A stretch of 64,000 nucleotides of DNA from a bacterium (GTDB lineage: Bacteria > Krumholzibacteriota > Krumholzibacteriia > LZORAL124-64-63), in contig JAAEQC010000140.1 of NCBI GenBank assembly GCA_024231905.1, forward strand, positions 56,566 to 120,565, written 5' to 3'. The notes below the pieces were generated by a model that saw only the letters and a program-made list of their open reading frames with translations, had not been told where the DNA came from and did not search any database. Below, piece after piece: positions 19,701 to 28,825 of the stretch. Made by a program: the position numbers and the translations under genes. Every line of letters begins with the position of its first letter. Within the stretch, counting starts at the first letter, position 1.

Positions 19701-20609
19701 ATGACCGCGACGAAGTCCAACATCTGTGTCAGGAGAAAAAGCACGAACGGTCGTATGGTTCATGTGCCGCCGCGTTTTCTCGTGGACGGACTGCGCCTGC
19801 TCACGCGGATCTGGCCCGGCGGTACCGAACGCCTGGCCCTGTGGCTCTTCTGCCGTCCGATTCCGCGCCGGGTGAAGCCCCACCAGGCTGCCGTCCTCGA
19901 CGCGGGGGAGCAGGTGCTGCTGCCGACCGCCTTCGGGAAACTCCAGGGCTGGAGCTGGGGCGAGGGTCCGGTGGTCCTGCTCCATCACGGCTGGGGCGGG
20001 CACGCCGGCCAGATGACCGCCTTCGTAGGACCGCTGGTGGACGCCGGTTTCCGGGTCGTGGCCTACGACGCCATGGCTCACGGCCGGTCGCCCGGACGGA
20101 TCACCTCCGGACCGGACATGGCCCGCGCCCTGGGACAGATCACGGCGGGACTCGGCGATGTCCACGCGGTGGTGGCCCACAGCATCGGCAGCGCCGCCAC
20201 CATGATCGCTCTGGGCTGGGGGCTCGACATCTCCCGGGCGGCGGTGCTGGCGCCGCCGGCGGATATGCGCGTCTTCTTCCGCGCCTTCGGCGAGCACTTG
20301 GAACTGTCGCCACGGGTCCAGGAGGGTATGAATCGCCGGGCCGAGGCGCGCTTCGATTTCTCCTGGGATCAACTGGACGTGGACACCTGGGCCGGGGACG
20401 GGTCCACGCCGCTGCTGGTGTGCCACGACGAGGCCGACCCGGTCGTCCCGTTCAGCCATGCACGACGGATCGCTGACACCTGGCAGGCGGCGGAACTGGT
20501 GCCGACCCGGGGGCTGGGCCACAACGGCGTGCGCAGGGATCCGGAACTGGTGGCGCGGGTCGTCGCCTACGTCGCACGTCCGGCGGTCGTGGCGGCCGCG
20601 GCCGGCTGA
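19701..20609 (+). CDS. Alpha/beta hydrolase
   Basis: HGWGG, AHSIG, HDEAD and GLGH motifs. Confidence 0.9.
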   Translation: MTATKSNICVRRKSTNGRMVHVPPRFLVDGLRLLTRIWPGGTERLALWLFCRPIPRRVKPHQAAVLDAGEQVLLPTAFGKLQGWSWGEGPVVLLHHGWGGHAGQMTAFVGPLVDAGFRVVAYDAMAHGRSPGRITSGPDMARALGQITAGLGDVHAVVAHSIGSAATMIALGWGLDISRAAVLAPPADMRVFFRAFGEHLELSPRVQEGMNRRAEARFDFSWDQLDVDTWAGDGSTPLLVCHDEADPVVPFSHARRIADTWQAAELVPTRGLGHNGVRRDPELVARVVAYVARPAVVAAAAG

Positions 20610-20619
20610 CGGACGTCCT

Positions 20620-21558
20620 TCAGCGCGCCAGCACCACCCGGGTCACGGCCACGGCGCCGCCCGTCGTGGCCCGCACCAGGTACACGCCCGAAGGGGCGTC
20701 GCGACCGGTGTCGGACCGACCGTCCCAGAGAACTTCCGTCCGTCCCGCCTGGGCCCGACCGTCCCACAGTTTTCGCACGAGCCTGCCCCGCACGTCGTGG
20801 ATGGCCAGCTGCGCCGGTCCCGCTGCCGGGATCTTCAGGGCGACGGTCGTGCGCGGATTGAAAGGGGTCGGATAGGCGGCCAGGGACAGGGACGGCGCCT
20901 CGGGCACCGCCGTCACCTGGAGCAGCCTGAAGGTGAAGGTTCCCAGGGGGACGCCCGACGCGAAGGGGTAGCCGGCAATGGACGCGATCGGATCCTGCGG
21001 CACGGTCGCCTGGTTCGGGGACGTGTAGGTGGGGCCGCTGTCGGTTCCGGCGTCGTAGGCGTAGAGGTCGACCACGATCTCCGTGGCCCAGTCGTTCCCG
21101 TCGCGCAGGTCCAGACCCGCCACGCCCACGAACCAGTCGGGACTGGGGGCGACCATGGTGACGACCGTGGCCAGGGGGTGGGCCGGCGTGGCGGTGAAGG
21201 TGGCGGCGAGCATGCCGGGCGACAAGACGTAGTCGTCACTCTCGATGACCTGTCCAGCGTGTCCGGTGCCCATGGCGGCCTGGACTTCCGCGTCCAGGGG
21301 GGAGTTGCTGCCCCACTCGGCCATACGCTGGATGCCCAGGGAAGCCGGCGTCCCGACCTGCCAGAAGTCGACCTGGTCGTCGTGGGTGCCGCCGATGAGC
21401 CATGAGAAATGGGGGTCAGGCGGAAAATCCGCGGGATGGGTGGCCGCGGACCAGGTGGCGTCGAAGCCCACTTCGTAATCGGCGGTGGTGACGGGTTGGG
21501 CCATGGCGGGCAGAGCCCCGGCCAGCAGGGCGGCGGCGATCAGCAGGCGCGACAGCAT
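20620..21558 (-). CDS. Secreted spondin-domain protein with FlgD-Ig/T9SS-like C-terminal domain
   Basis: MVAPSPDWFVG and YDAGTD (Spondin_N); YPTPFNP...WDGR...SGVY. Confidence 0.88.
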   Translation of the reverse strand: MLSRLLIAAALLAGALPAMAQPVTTADYEVGFDATWSAATHPADFPPDPHFSWLIGGTHDDQVDFWQVGTPASLGIQRMAEWGSNSPLDAEVQAAMGTGHAGQVIESDDYVLSPGMLAATFTATPAHPLATVVTMVAPSPDWFVGVAGLDLRDGNDWATEIVVDLYAYDAGTDSGPTYTSPNQATVPQDPIASIAGYPFASGVPLGTFTFRLLQVTAVPEAPSLSLAAYPTPFNPRTTVALKIPAAGPAQLAIHDVRGRLVRKLWDGRAQAGRTEVLWDGRSDTGRDAPSGVYLVRATTGGAVAVTRVVLAR

Positions 21559-21850
21559 GCGGTGGTCTCCTGTCGAGGGACATAGGGCGGCGCTCGGCGC
21601 GGCGCGGCCTCGGCAGGTTCTACGGAGCAGATGGCCGGGCTGTGACCGGATGCTGGGTGAAGATGATGGTCGTACCGCGGCCCGGGGCCGAATTCGTCGG
21701 CGGGTGTCGGCCTACTCCGCCAGGTGGTCCGCCAATCTCTGCATCTGCCCGGCCAGCACCTCATCCACCGGAGGGCAGGTTCTCGCCGAAGATGCCGCCG
21801 CCGCGCGCCTCTTTCCATGACCACGAGACCCCGGCCGGGACGCAACCCAA

Positions 21851-22633
21851 CTATTCGGTGAGGATCTCTTCCAGGAGGGCGACGACCTCGTCCTTGTCCT
21901 CGAACTGGGCGAGGGCGAAGAGGGCAGATTGGCGCAGGCGCGGATCGCGGTGGTCGCGGGCGATGCCCATGAGGTGTTCCAGGGACTCGCCCTCGCCGAG
22001 CTGGGCCAGGGCGAAGATGGCGTTCTCGCGGACCTCCACGTCCTCGTCGTCGTCGTCGATGACGGCCTGCACGTCACCCAGCATGCGCTCCCCGGCTACG
22101 ATGACCAGCCAGTAGAGGGCGCTGCTGCGCACGTCGGCGTCGCACTCCCGGTCGCGGGTCACGGACAGGAAGGGCTCGACGATCTCCACGTCCCGGGCGA
22201 TGGCCGCGGCGAGGATCGCGTCGTCGGCCACCTTGGCTTTGCCCATTTCGACCAGCCCCATCAGCCAGCGGGCGGCCACGGCAGGGTCCACCGTTCCCAG
22301 ATCCACGTCGGCGCGCCGGGCCTGCTTGCCGGAACCCCCGACCACCACGTCCAGGTCGACCACGGCGCCGTTCCGCACGCGCAGAGTCAGGTGGGCGGGA
22401 CCCTCTTCGGTGAGGTCGTCGAGATCCGCGTAGTGCCCCTGGTAGAAGCTGGCCGTGGAATCGGCGCCCAACCTGACGCGCACGCCGCGGCCATTGCCGG
22501 TCACGCCGTCGCGAACCTCGTAGGAGAGGCCGATGGACCCGTCGCCGAGGTCGGTGATGCGGGCGGCGATGTCGGGGGATGAACCACCAGCCATGAGCAC
22601 GGTAGTCAGCAGGGCGATGAGGCATCCGAACAT
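21851..22633 (-). CDS. Secreted HEAT-repeat protein
   Basis: VRSSALYWL, VRENAIFAL and LRQSALFAL repeats; start MFGCLIALL. Confidence 0.8.
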   Translation of the reverse strand: MFGCLIALLTTVLMAGGSSPDIAARITDLGDGSIGLSYEVRDGVTGNGRGVRVRLGADSTASFYQGHYADLDDLTEEGPAHLTLRVRNGAVVDLDVVVGGSGKQARRADVDLGTVDPAVAARWLMGLVEMGKAKVADDAILAAAIARDVEIVEPFLSVTRDRECDADVRSSALYWLVIVAGERMLGDVQAVIDDDDEDVEVRENAIFALAQLGEGESLEHLMGIARDHRDPRLRQSALFALAQFEDKDEVVALLEEILTE

Positions 22634-22816
22634 CTTCTTGTCCTTCCATCGATCCGGGGCGCGTATCCTGGTCTCTACTTCTATGGACACCCGGTAGGGT
22701 GAAATGGTTGCTTCCGAATTCGCGGTGAGGCAACTCGACCACCCCGTGGACGTATCGGTTCTGGTACTCACGACGGCGGGCAGGCGGCCGAGGTCGCTGC
22801 AATGGGGAGGAAGTGC

Positions 22817-23260
22817 ATGTTGGGAAAGAAACGTGTCGCGCTGATCACGCTGACGATTCTGGCGCTGGGGGCTGGCATCACCGTCGCCGCCGAAGCGGAC
22901 CACGCCGCCATCGAAGCCACCGTCCGGGACTACGTGGACGGCTGGTACGCCGGCGACGCCGAGCGCATGGAGCGGGCCCTCCACCCGGACCTGACCAAGC
23001 GCGTGGTGCGCACGCTGCCCACCGGAGGCGAGTTCCTGAATTCGGTCTCGGCCAGCAACATGGTCGCCTATACGGCCGCGGGCTTCGGCAAGGACAAGCT
23101 GCCCGAAGGCTACGTCAACCAGGTGGCGATCCTCGAGACCACCGACAAGATGGCCATGGCCAAGTCGATCTCGCCCGAGTTCATCGACTTCATCCACCTG
23201 GCGAAGATCGCCGGGGAGTGGAAGATCGTGAACGTCCTCTGGGAGCCGGTGGAGCAGTAG
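22817..23260 (+). CDS. NTF2-like (lumazine-binding-like) secreted protein
   Basis: DYVDGWYAGDAERMERALHPDLTKR...WKIVNVLW. Confidence 0.85.
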   Translation: MLGKKRVALITLTILALGAGITVAAEADHAAIEATVRDYVDGWYAGDAERMERALHPDLTKRVVRTLPTGGEFLNSVSASNMVAYTAAGFGKDKLPEGYVNQVAILETTDKMAMAKSISPEFIDFIHLAKIAGEWKIVNVLWEPVEQ

Positions 23261-23261
23261 C

Positions 23262-24401
23262 TCAGAAGGCCTCGCCGAGGGAGAGGTGGAAGCCGCCGGC
23301 GCCGTTGCCCCAGCCCATGTCGAGCCGGATCTTCACCAGTTCGTCCCGGCTGAGGGTGAAGCGCAGGCCCGCGCCCACGGTGTAGAGCCGGGCCGCGGTG
23401 GTCAGTTTGGCCGGTGTCGGGGCCACGTCCCCCAGGCCGGCGAAGACCACCCCACCCAGGCGTCCAAACACTTCGCCGCTACGCCATTCGCCGCGTAGCA
23501 GGGCCAAGGAACGGTCCATGTAGCGGCCGCCCGGATAGCCGCGCAGGCCCGACTGGCCACCCAAGCGGGACAACTCGAAGAAGGGCGCGCTTCCCTCCGC
23601 GGAGTTGTACAGCACCTGGCCGGCCAGGGCCGCGCGATCGCCCAGGGGCGCGTAGCCCCGGGCGTCGATCTCATAATCGGTCCAGCCCAGATCGCTGCCC
23701 CAGCCGGATCGGTAAAAGGACGTGCTCGCACGGACCCAGGCGCCGCGGCGGGTGGACCAGGTGTGGTCGCGGGTGTCCCAGGCCAGGGCGACGCCCGGGG
23801 CCGATACCACCGTTCGGGACGCGCCGACGATGGCAGACCCGTCCAGCAATCCACCCGCTTCGACCTCAAGCAACTGGTTCTGCGCCAAGCGGAATTCCAA
23901 TCCCACCCGCAGTTCGCCCAGCACCCTGCGCTCGAGCATGACCTCGACGGCGAACTGCTCGGGGGTGAAGTCCTCCTCCGCGCTTTCGGGAGCGTCACGG
24001 CCGATGCCGTAGAACTGGTCCGGGAACTTCTGGTAGCTCGGCACGAAGCCCGCATGCCAGCGGCCTTCGTCCCAGTTCAGGTCCACGCCCAGGAAGGCCA
24101 GCGTCTGGCTCTTGGCCGTGTAGACGAACACCGGGCTGAACAGGGACGGACGGGTGTTCGGCCCTTCGGGATCCAGGTAGAAGAAGCGCAGCAGGGTTGC
24201 GCCGAAGAGCAGGCTCGTGTCCGGGGTGTAGCCGAAGACCGGGAAGACGACCGTGTCGCCGCGTTCTTCCACCACCGCCGAGTCGGCGAGCACGTGGGCG
24301 GTCTCGGCAACTTTCTGCTCGGCGCCGGTGGCCTGGGCGAAGGCGGACCCGGCGCCGGCAGCGAGGGCGGCGACAAGTACGAGGGCGCGCAAGTAGGGCA
24401 C
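23262..24401 (-). CDS. Omp85/BamA-TamA-like outer-membrane beta-barrel without POTRA domains
   Basis: DTRD, LRGY and GAGLRF motifs; C-terminal GEAF. Confidence 0.85.
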   Translation of the reverse strand: MPYLRALVLVAALAAGAGSAFAQATGAEQKVAETAHVLADSAVVEERGDTVVFPVFGYTPDTSLLFGATLLRFFYLDPEGPNTRPSLFSPVFVYTAKSQTLAFLGVDLNWDEGRWHAGFVPSYQKFPDQFYGIGRDAPESAEEDFTPEQFAVEVMLERRVLGELRVGLEFRLAQNQLLEVEAGGLLDGSAIVGASRTVVSAPGVALAWDTRDHTWSTRRGAWVRASTSFYRSGWGSDLGWTDYEIDARGYAPLGDRAALAGQVLYNSAEGSAPFFELSRLGGQSGLRGYPGGRYMDRSLALLRGEWRSGEVFGRLGGVVFAGLGDVAPTPAKLTTAARLYTVGAGLRFTLSRDELVKIRLDMGWGNGAGGFHLSLGEAF

Positions 24402-24504
24402 GGCGGACGGCTCCCGGTCGGTACGGGTTTCGGAAAAGCAGGGACGCCGGTCATGATAGCGACCGGCGTCCGGGGGCGAAAGCAGGGATGTTTCCGCCGT
24501 ACCG

Positions 24505-26778
24505 TCAGATCCCGAACAGGTACTGCATCTTCATGAAGTACTGGCGGTGGGTGAGCCGCCAATCCTGCTCCGCGGCGGGATCCACCGAGACCTTGGCGTA
24601 GTCCCTGGTGGAGCCGACGTAGAAGATGGAGAACGGGTTGATCTGGTACTGCAGCAGGGGGTCGCCCTCCCACGTGTCGTAGAACCCGTTGTACTGAACG
24701 ATGATCCGCGCGCTCAGTTCCCGCGTGATCTGCAGGCCCAGTTTGGAGCGCATGACGTAGCTGTCGAAGAACAACTCGCCCGTATCCTCGTGCTCGGAGC
24801 GGGACCAGTTGAAGCTGGTCTCGAGCAGGAGCCGGTCCATGGGCTTCACATCGAACCAGAGGCCGAAGTCCGACTGCATGCCGAAGGTCCGCTCGCGGTA
24901 GTAGATCCGCCGGCCGTAGTTGGCGTTGGCGCCGATGATGATAAGGTCGCTGGGACGGGCGTTGCCGCAGATGTGCCAGCGGTCGAGGCCACGGTAGTCC
25001 GTGTCCCGGTAACGCTCGGCATCCTTCTTATACTGGGCGTGGAAGCTGGCCTGGGCCTTGCGCAACCGCCCGGAGAGCCAGATCTCGACGGCCTCGTCCT
25101 TGCGGATGTCGTCGTAGTTCCAGGTCCGCATGATGCGGACGCCCGGGCTGAGGTAGTCCAACCACGTGCTGTCGTTGAAGCGGAACATGTAGTCGGTGTT
25201 GGCGATGCCCTCGCGGTAGCTGTTGCGCACCTCGAAACCGCTCTCGGCACGGAACGTGGGAGCGAAGTCCCAGTAGTCGAAGTCGAAGCCCCAGCTACGG
25301 CCGTGCCGCTCGAAGCTGGCGTAGAGGGCGCCGCCGTCGAAGGTCTCGCCGTCGAATCCCGCCGTGTGGCGATCCCCGTCGAACTTCTCGCCGTTGATCC
25401 CCATGGTGAGGGTGGTGTCGTCGGGCTCGGTGGTGAAGCTGTGCAGGTACTGGGCCTCGAGCTGGTAGATGGGATTCAGGCGCCAGCGGGTGTCGACGCC
25501 CAGCAGGGAGCCGTTGCCGCCGCTGTCGTAGCGCCGGTCGGTGGCCACGAAGCCCACGTGGGACTGGCCGCCGAGATCCGTCCTCACGCGGGCGAAGGTG
25601 TTCATGCTCTTGCCGTTGACGCTGATGTAGCTGCGCTCTTCCAGGGGGACCAGGATGGGGGAGTGCTCGTCGTAGGCGGCCAGCACGCCGAAACTGGTCT
25701 TGCCGCTGCGGCCGAGCAACTTGCCGGCCACCGACGGGTCGTTGATCTGCCGGGTGTAAATAGGCGTGAAGTAGGTGTTCCAGAGGTCGGAGCCTTCCTG
25801 GAAGAAGGGCCGCTTCTCCGGGAAGAAGAGAGCGAAGTTCGAGTTGACGTTGATCTGCACCGCATCCGACTCCACCTGGCTGAAGTCCGGATTGATGGAG
25901 GCTTCGGCGCTGAAGTCGGAGGTGATGTTGTACTTGGCCGTCAGCGACGGCTCGCCCTTGATGTCGCCGTTGTCGAAACTGCCGTCGGAGCGACGTTCGC
26001 CCGCCTGGTTGGCCGTGAAAGCGGGGATGAGCTGGAGACCGCTGGCTGGATCCACGTTCTCCATGCCGGTGATGGTGCCCCACTGGCAGGGCCAGCAGGA
26101 TTCGTCCCGGTCGTAGGCGGCCCACGAGGCCTGGGTGCGCACTTCGCGGGGCTGGTTCCGCCAGAAATCGACCTTCCAGGTCTGGACCGGCGTGTCCGGG
26201 AAGCGCAGGCTGCTGAAGGGGATGGAGAACTCGGCTTGCCAGCCCTGGTCCGTGATGCGCGCGGCGGTGGTGAAGATCAGGTCGTAGCTCGAGTCCTCGC
26301 CGCCGCTGGAGGAATACAGGAAGTCGGTCTGGATCCCGTAGGGGTTGCAGCCGATCTCGTAGGCGCTCATGGCGTCGCCGAAGGTGTCGATGGCGATGAG
26401 TACGTTGTCGTCCGCATTGATCTGGTCGCGCCGGGTGAAGGAGGCGCGAATCTGGGACGGGTCTTCGTCGAAGCACTCGAAGGCCACATAGAGGTTGCGG
26501 TCGTCGTAGGCTACGCGCACCACCGTCCGGAACGGCGGCTGAATCTGGTCGCCGGGCTGGTGTTCGGCGAAGTGGGTCGCTATGGCGGCGGTGCGCCAGC
26601 CGGCATCGTCGACGAGACCGTCGATCTCGATCTCGCCCTGGACGCGGGAAATATCCAGCGTCGGCAGGTAGGTCGCCTGCCACTGGGCCATCGCGCTGCC
26701 GGCGCCAAGGACCGACACGCAGAGAACGAGATTCACTAGGAGGGCGAGGTTTCCTGGGCGGCGGTCGGTCTGGGTCAT
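24505..26778 (-). CDS. CBM9-like plus DUF5916 outer-membrane protein
   Basis: IDGLVDD..W, INPDFSQVESD, FPEKRPFFQEG, C-terminal KMQYLF. Confidence 0.88.
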   Translation of the reverse strand: MTQTDRRPGNLALLVNLVLCVSVLGAGSAMAQWQATYLPTLDISRVQGEIEIDGLVDDAGWRTAAIATHFAEHQPGDQIQPPFRTVVRVAYDDRNLYVAFECFDEDPSQIRASFTRRDQINADDNVLIAIDTFGDAMSAYEIGCNPYGIQTDFLYSSSGGEDSSYDLIFTTAARITDQGWQAEFSIPFSSLRFPDTPVQTWKVDFWRNQPREVRTQASWAAYDRDESCWPCQWGTITGMENVDPASGLQLIPAFTANQAGERRSDGSFDNGDIKGEPSLTAKYNITSDFSAEASINPDFSQVESDAVQINVNSNFALFFPEKRPFFQEGSDLWNTYFTPIYTRQINDPSVAGKLLGRSGKTSFGVLAAYDEHSPILVPLEERSYISVNGKSMNTFARVRTDLGGQSHVGFVATDRRYDSGGNGSLLGVDTRWRLNPIYQLEAQYLHSFTTEPDDTTLTMGINGEKFDGDRHTAGFDGETFDGGALYASFERHGRSWGFDFDYWDFAPTFRAESGFEVRNSYREGIANTDYMFRFNDSTWLDYLSPGVRIMRTWNYDDIRKDEAVEIWLSGRLRKAQASFHAQYKKDAERYRDTDYRGLDRWHICGNARPSDLIIIGANANYGRRIYYRERTFGMQSDFGLWFDVKPMDRLLLETSFNWSRSEHEDTGELFFDSYVMRSKLGLQITRELSARIIVQYNGFYDTWEGDPLLQYQINPFSIFYVGSTRDYAKVSVDPAAEQDWRLTHRQYFMKMQYLFGI

Positions 26779-26995
26779 GATGCTCTCCGTCCGGGCTTGC
26801 GGGGGTGTTAACCCTGGAGACACGCCGAACAGGGCAAAGGGTTGCAACGGACTCAAAAAAAAGGTTTTAGAGGATTGTTCTTATCTCCTATAAATCTAGG
26901 AGGTCGAGCCCCGGCAGTGCGGAAATGACAAGGACGGGCAGGGACGGTAATCTCTAGGGGACCTATTCGACCAACCAGGGGAGAGTTCCGGTCCC

Positions 26996-28825
26996 ATGCC
27001 CGATCGCCGCGATCAACGCCTCGTGCTCGTCCTGGCCGTGGGCCTCGTGCTGGTCACCGGTGGGCTCTTCGCCCGCACGGCCACTTTCGAGTTCCTCCAG
27101 TACGACGACGACCGCTTCGTTTACGACAACCCGGCCCTGGCCGAGGGGCTCACCGCCGACGCCATTGCCTGGTCGTTCACCACCGACCACGCCGCCTTGT
27201 GGATCCCCGGCACCTGGCTCTCCCACCTGGCCGACGTGCAACTCTTCGGCCTGCGCCCGGGGCCCCACCACCTGGTGAACGTCTTGCAGCACGTGCTGAC
27301 GACGTTGCTGCTCTTCGGCGCCCTACGGGCCATGACCGGCGCCGTCCGACGGTCCGCCCTGGTGGCCGCCCTCTTCGCCTGGCACCCGGGACACGTGGAA
27401 TCGGTGGCCTGGGTGACCGAACGCAAGGACACCCTCAGCACCCTCTTCCTGGTGGCGGCCCTCTGGGCCTACCACCGCTGGACCGTGCGGCGCACTCGCG
27501 GCCGCTACCTGGTGCTGCTGGCCTGGGCGGTGCTCGGGCTCCTGACCAAGCCCATGCTCGTGACCCTGCCGGTGCTGCTGCTCCTGGTGGACGTCTGGCC
27601 CCTGGGACGCACGGACTGGCGCCGCCTCGTCCGGGAGAAGAGCCCGCTCTTCGCCCTGGCCGCCGCCGTGGGCGCCGTGACCTTCGTTGTGGGACAGCGC
27701 GGGGGCATCGTGGCGTCCATGTCCGAGTTGGGCCTCGGCCCGCGGTTGGTGAACGCCGTCGTCTCCTACGCCCAGTACCCGCTGCAGATGGTGTGGCCGG
27801 TGGGACTGTATGCCCAGGTGCCCTTCCGGCTGACGGCGCCAGCGGGGCTGGTCATCGCCTCGGCGGTCTTTCTCCTGGCCGTCGGCTGGGCGAGCATCCG
27901 CTACGCCCGTCGCGCGCCCTACCTGTTCTTCGGCTGGTGGTGGTATGTGATCTCCCTGCTGCCGGTCTCGGGCCTGGCCCAACAGGGAGTCCACGGCATG
28001 GCCGACCGGTACACCTACGTGTCCTTCATCGGTCTCTTCGTGATCGTGGCCTGGGGCGGGGCGGATCTGGCGCGTCGCCTGCGGGTTCCGCGACCGGCGG
28101 TGGCGACTCTCGTGGCGGTGGTCCTGGTGGCCCTGGCCTGGGTCACCCACGCCCAGGTGGGTGTGTGGCGGAACAACCTCACCCTCTTCGAGCACGCTTT
28201 GGCGCGAAACCCGGACAATCCCATGGCCCACACCTTCCTGGGCCTGGGACTCGAGGTGCGCGACCGCCCGGTCGAGGCAGCGGCGGCCTACGGTCGGGCC
28301 ATCGACCTGAACCCCGATCACCACGTGGCCCGCTTCCAACTGGGCCGGCTCCTGGCCCAGCAGGGCGACCCGGCCGGCGCGGTCCGGCATTACGAAGCCT
28401 CGCTGATCGCCTACGAGGACGCCGCCGACGTCCGGCGTGACCTGGGCAACCAGTACTTCCTGCTGGGAGATCACGAGCGGGCGGCTGCGCATCTGGAGCG
28501 CGCCCTCGAGCTGGAACCGGGCAACCGGGGGGCCATGACCAATCTGGCCCTGGCGTGCCTGGCCCGGGAGGAATTCGATGAGGCGGAGACCCTTCTCCAG
28601 GAGGTGGCGTCGGCGGCGCCAGAGGATCCCCACGTGCGCTACAACCTGGCCTGCGTGGCCGCGCGCCAGGGCCGGGCGGCGGCTGCTGCGGTACGCCTGG
28701 AGGAAGCTCTCGACCTGGGGTTCACAGCCTGGGAGGCCATCGAAGCGGACCCGGACCTGGCCCGCCTGCGCGCCTCGCCCGAGTACGCGGATCTCAGAAG
28801 CCGGCGTGCTCCGTCCGGGCGATGA
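26996..28825 (+). CDS. TMTC-like GT-C membrane protein with C-terminal TPRs
   Basis: YDD, HVESVAWVTERKD, ADRYTY, WRNN..LF, TPR repeats. Confidence 0.85.
   Translation: MPDRRDQRLVLVLAVGLVLVTGGLFARTATFEFLQYDDDRFVYDNPALAEGLTADAIAWSFTTDHAALWIPGTWLSHLADVQLFGLRPGPHHLVNVLQHVLTTLLLFGALRAMTGAVRRSALVAALFAWHPGHVESVAWVTERKDTLSTLFLVAALWAYHRWTVRRTRGRYLVLLAWAVLGLLTKPMLVTLPVLLLLVDVWPLGRTDWRRLVREKSPLFALAAAVGAVTFVVGQRGGIVASMSELGLGPRLVNAVVSYAQYPLQMVWPVGLYAQVPFRLTAPAGLVIASAVFLLAVGWASIRYARRAPYLFFGWWWYVISLLPVSGLAQQGVHGMADRYTYVSFIGLFVIVAWGGADLARRLRVPRPAVATLVAVVLVALAWVTHAQVGVWRNNLTLFEHALARNPDNPMAHTFLGLGLEVRDRPVEAAAAYGRAIDLNPDHHVARFQLGRLLAQQGDPAGAVRHYEASLIAYEDAADVRRDLGNQYFLLGDHERAAAHLERALELEPGNRGAMTNLALACLAREEFDEAETLLQEVASAAPEDPHVRYNLACVAARQGRAAAAAVRLEEALDLGFTAWEAIEADPDLARLRASPEYADLRSRRAPSGR

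Noticed and set aside
21712-21800. Short minus-strand segment PVDEVLAGQMQRLADHLAE* resembling the end of an SRPBCC protein
   Set aside because: Too short and lacking a supported start; possibly a remnant but not supportable.
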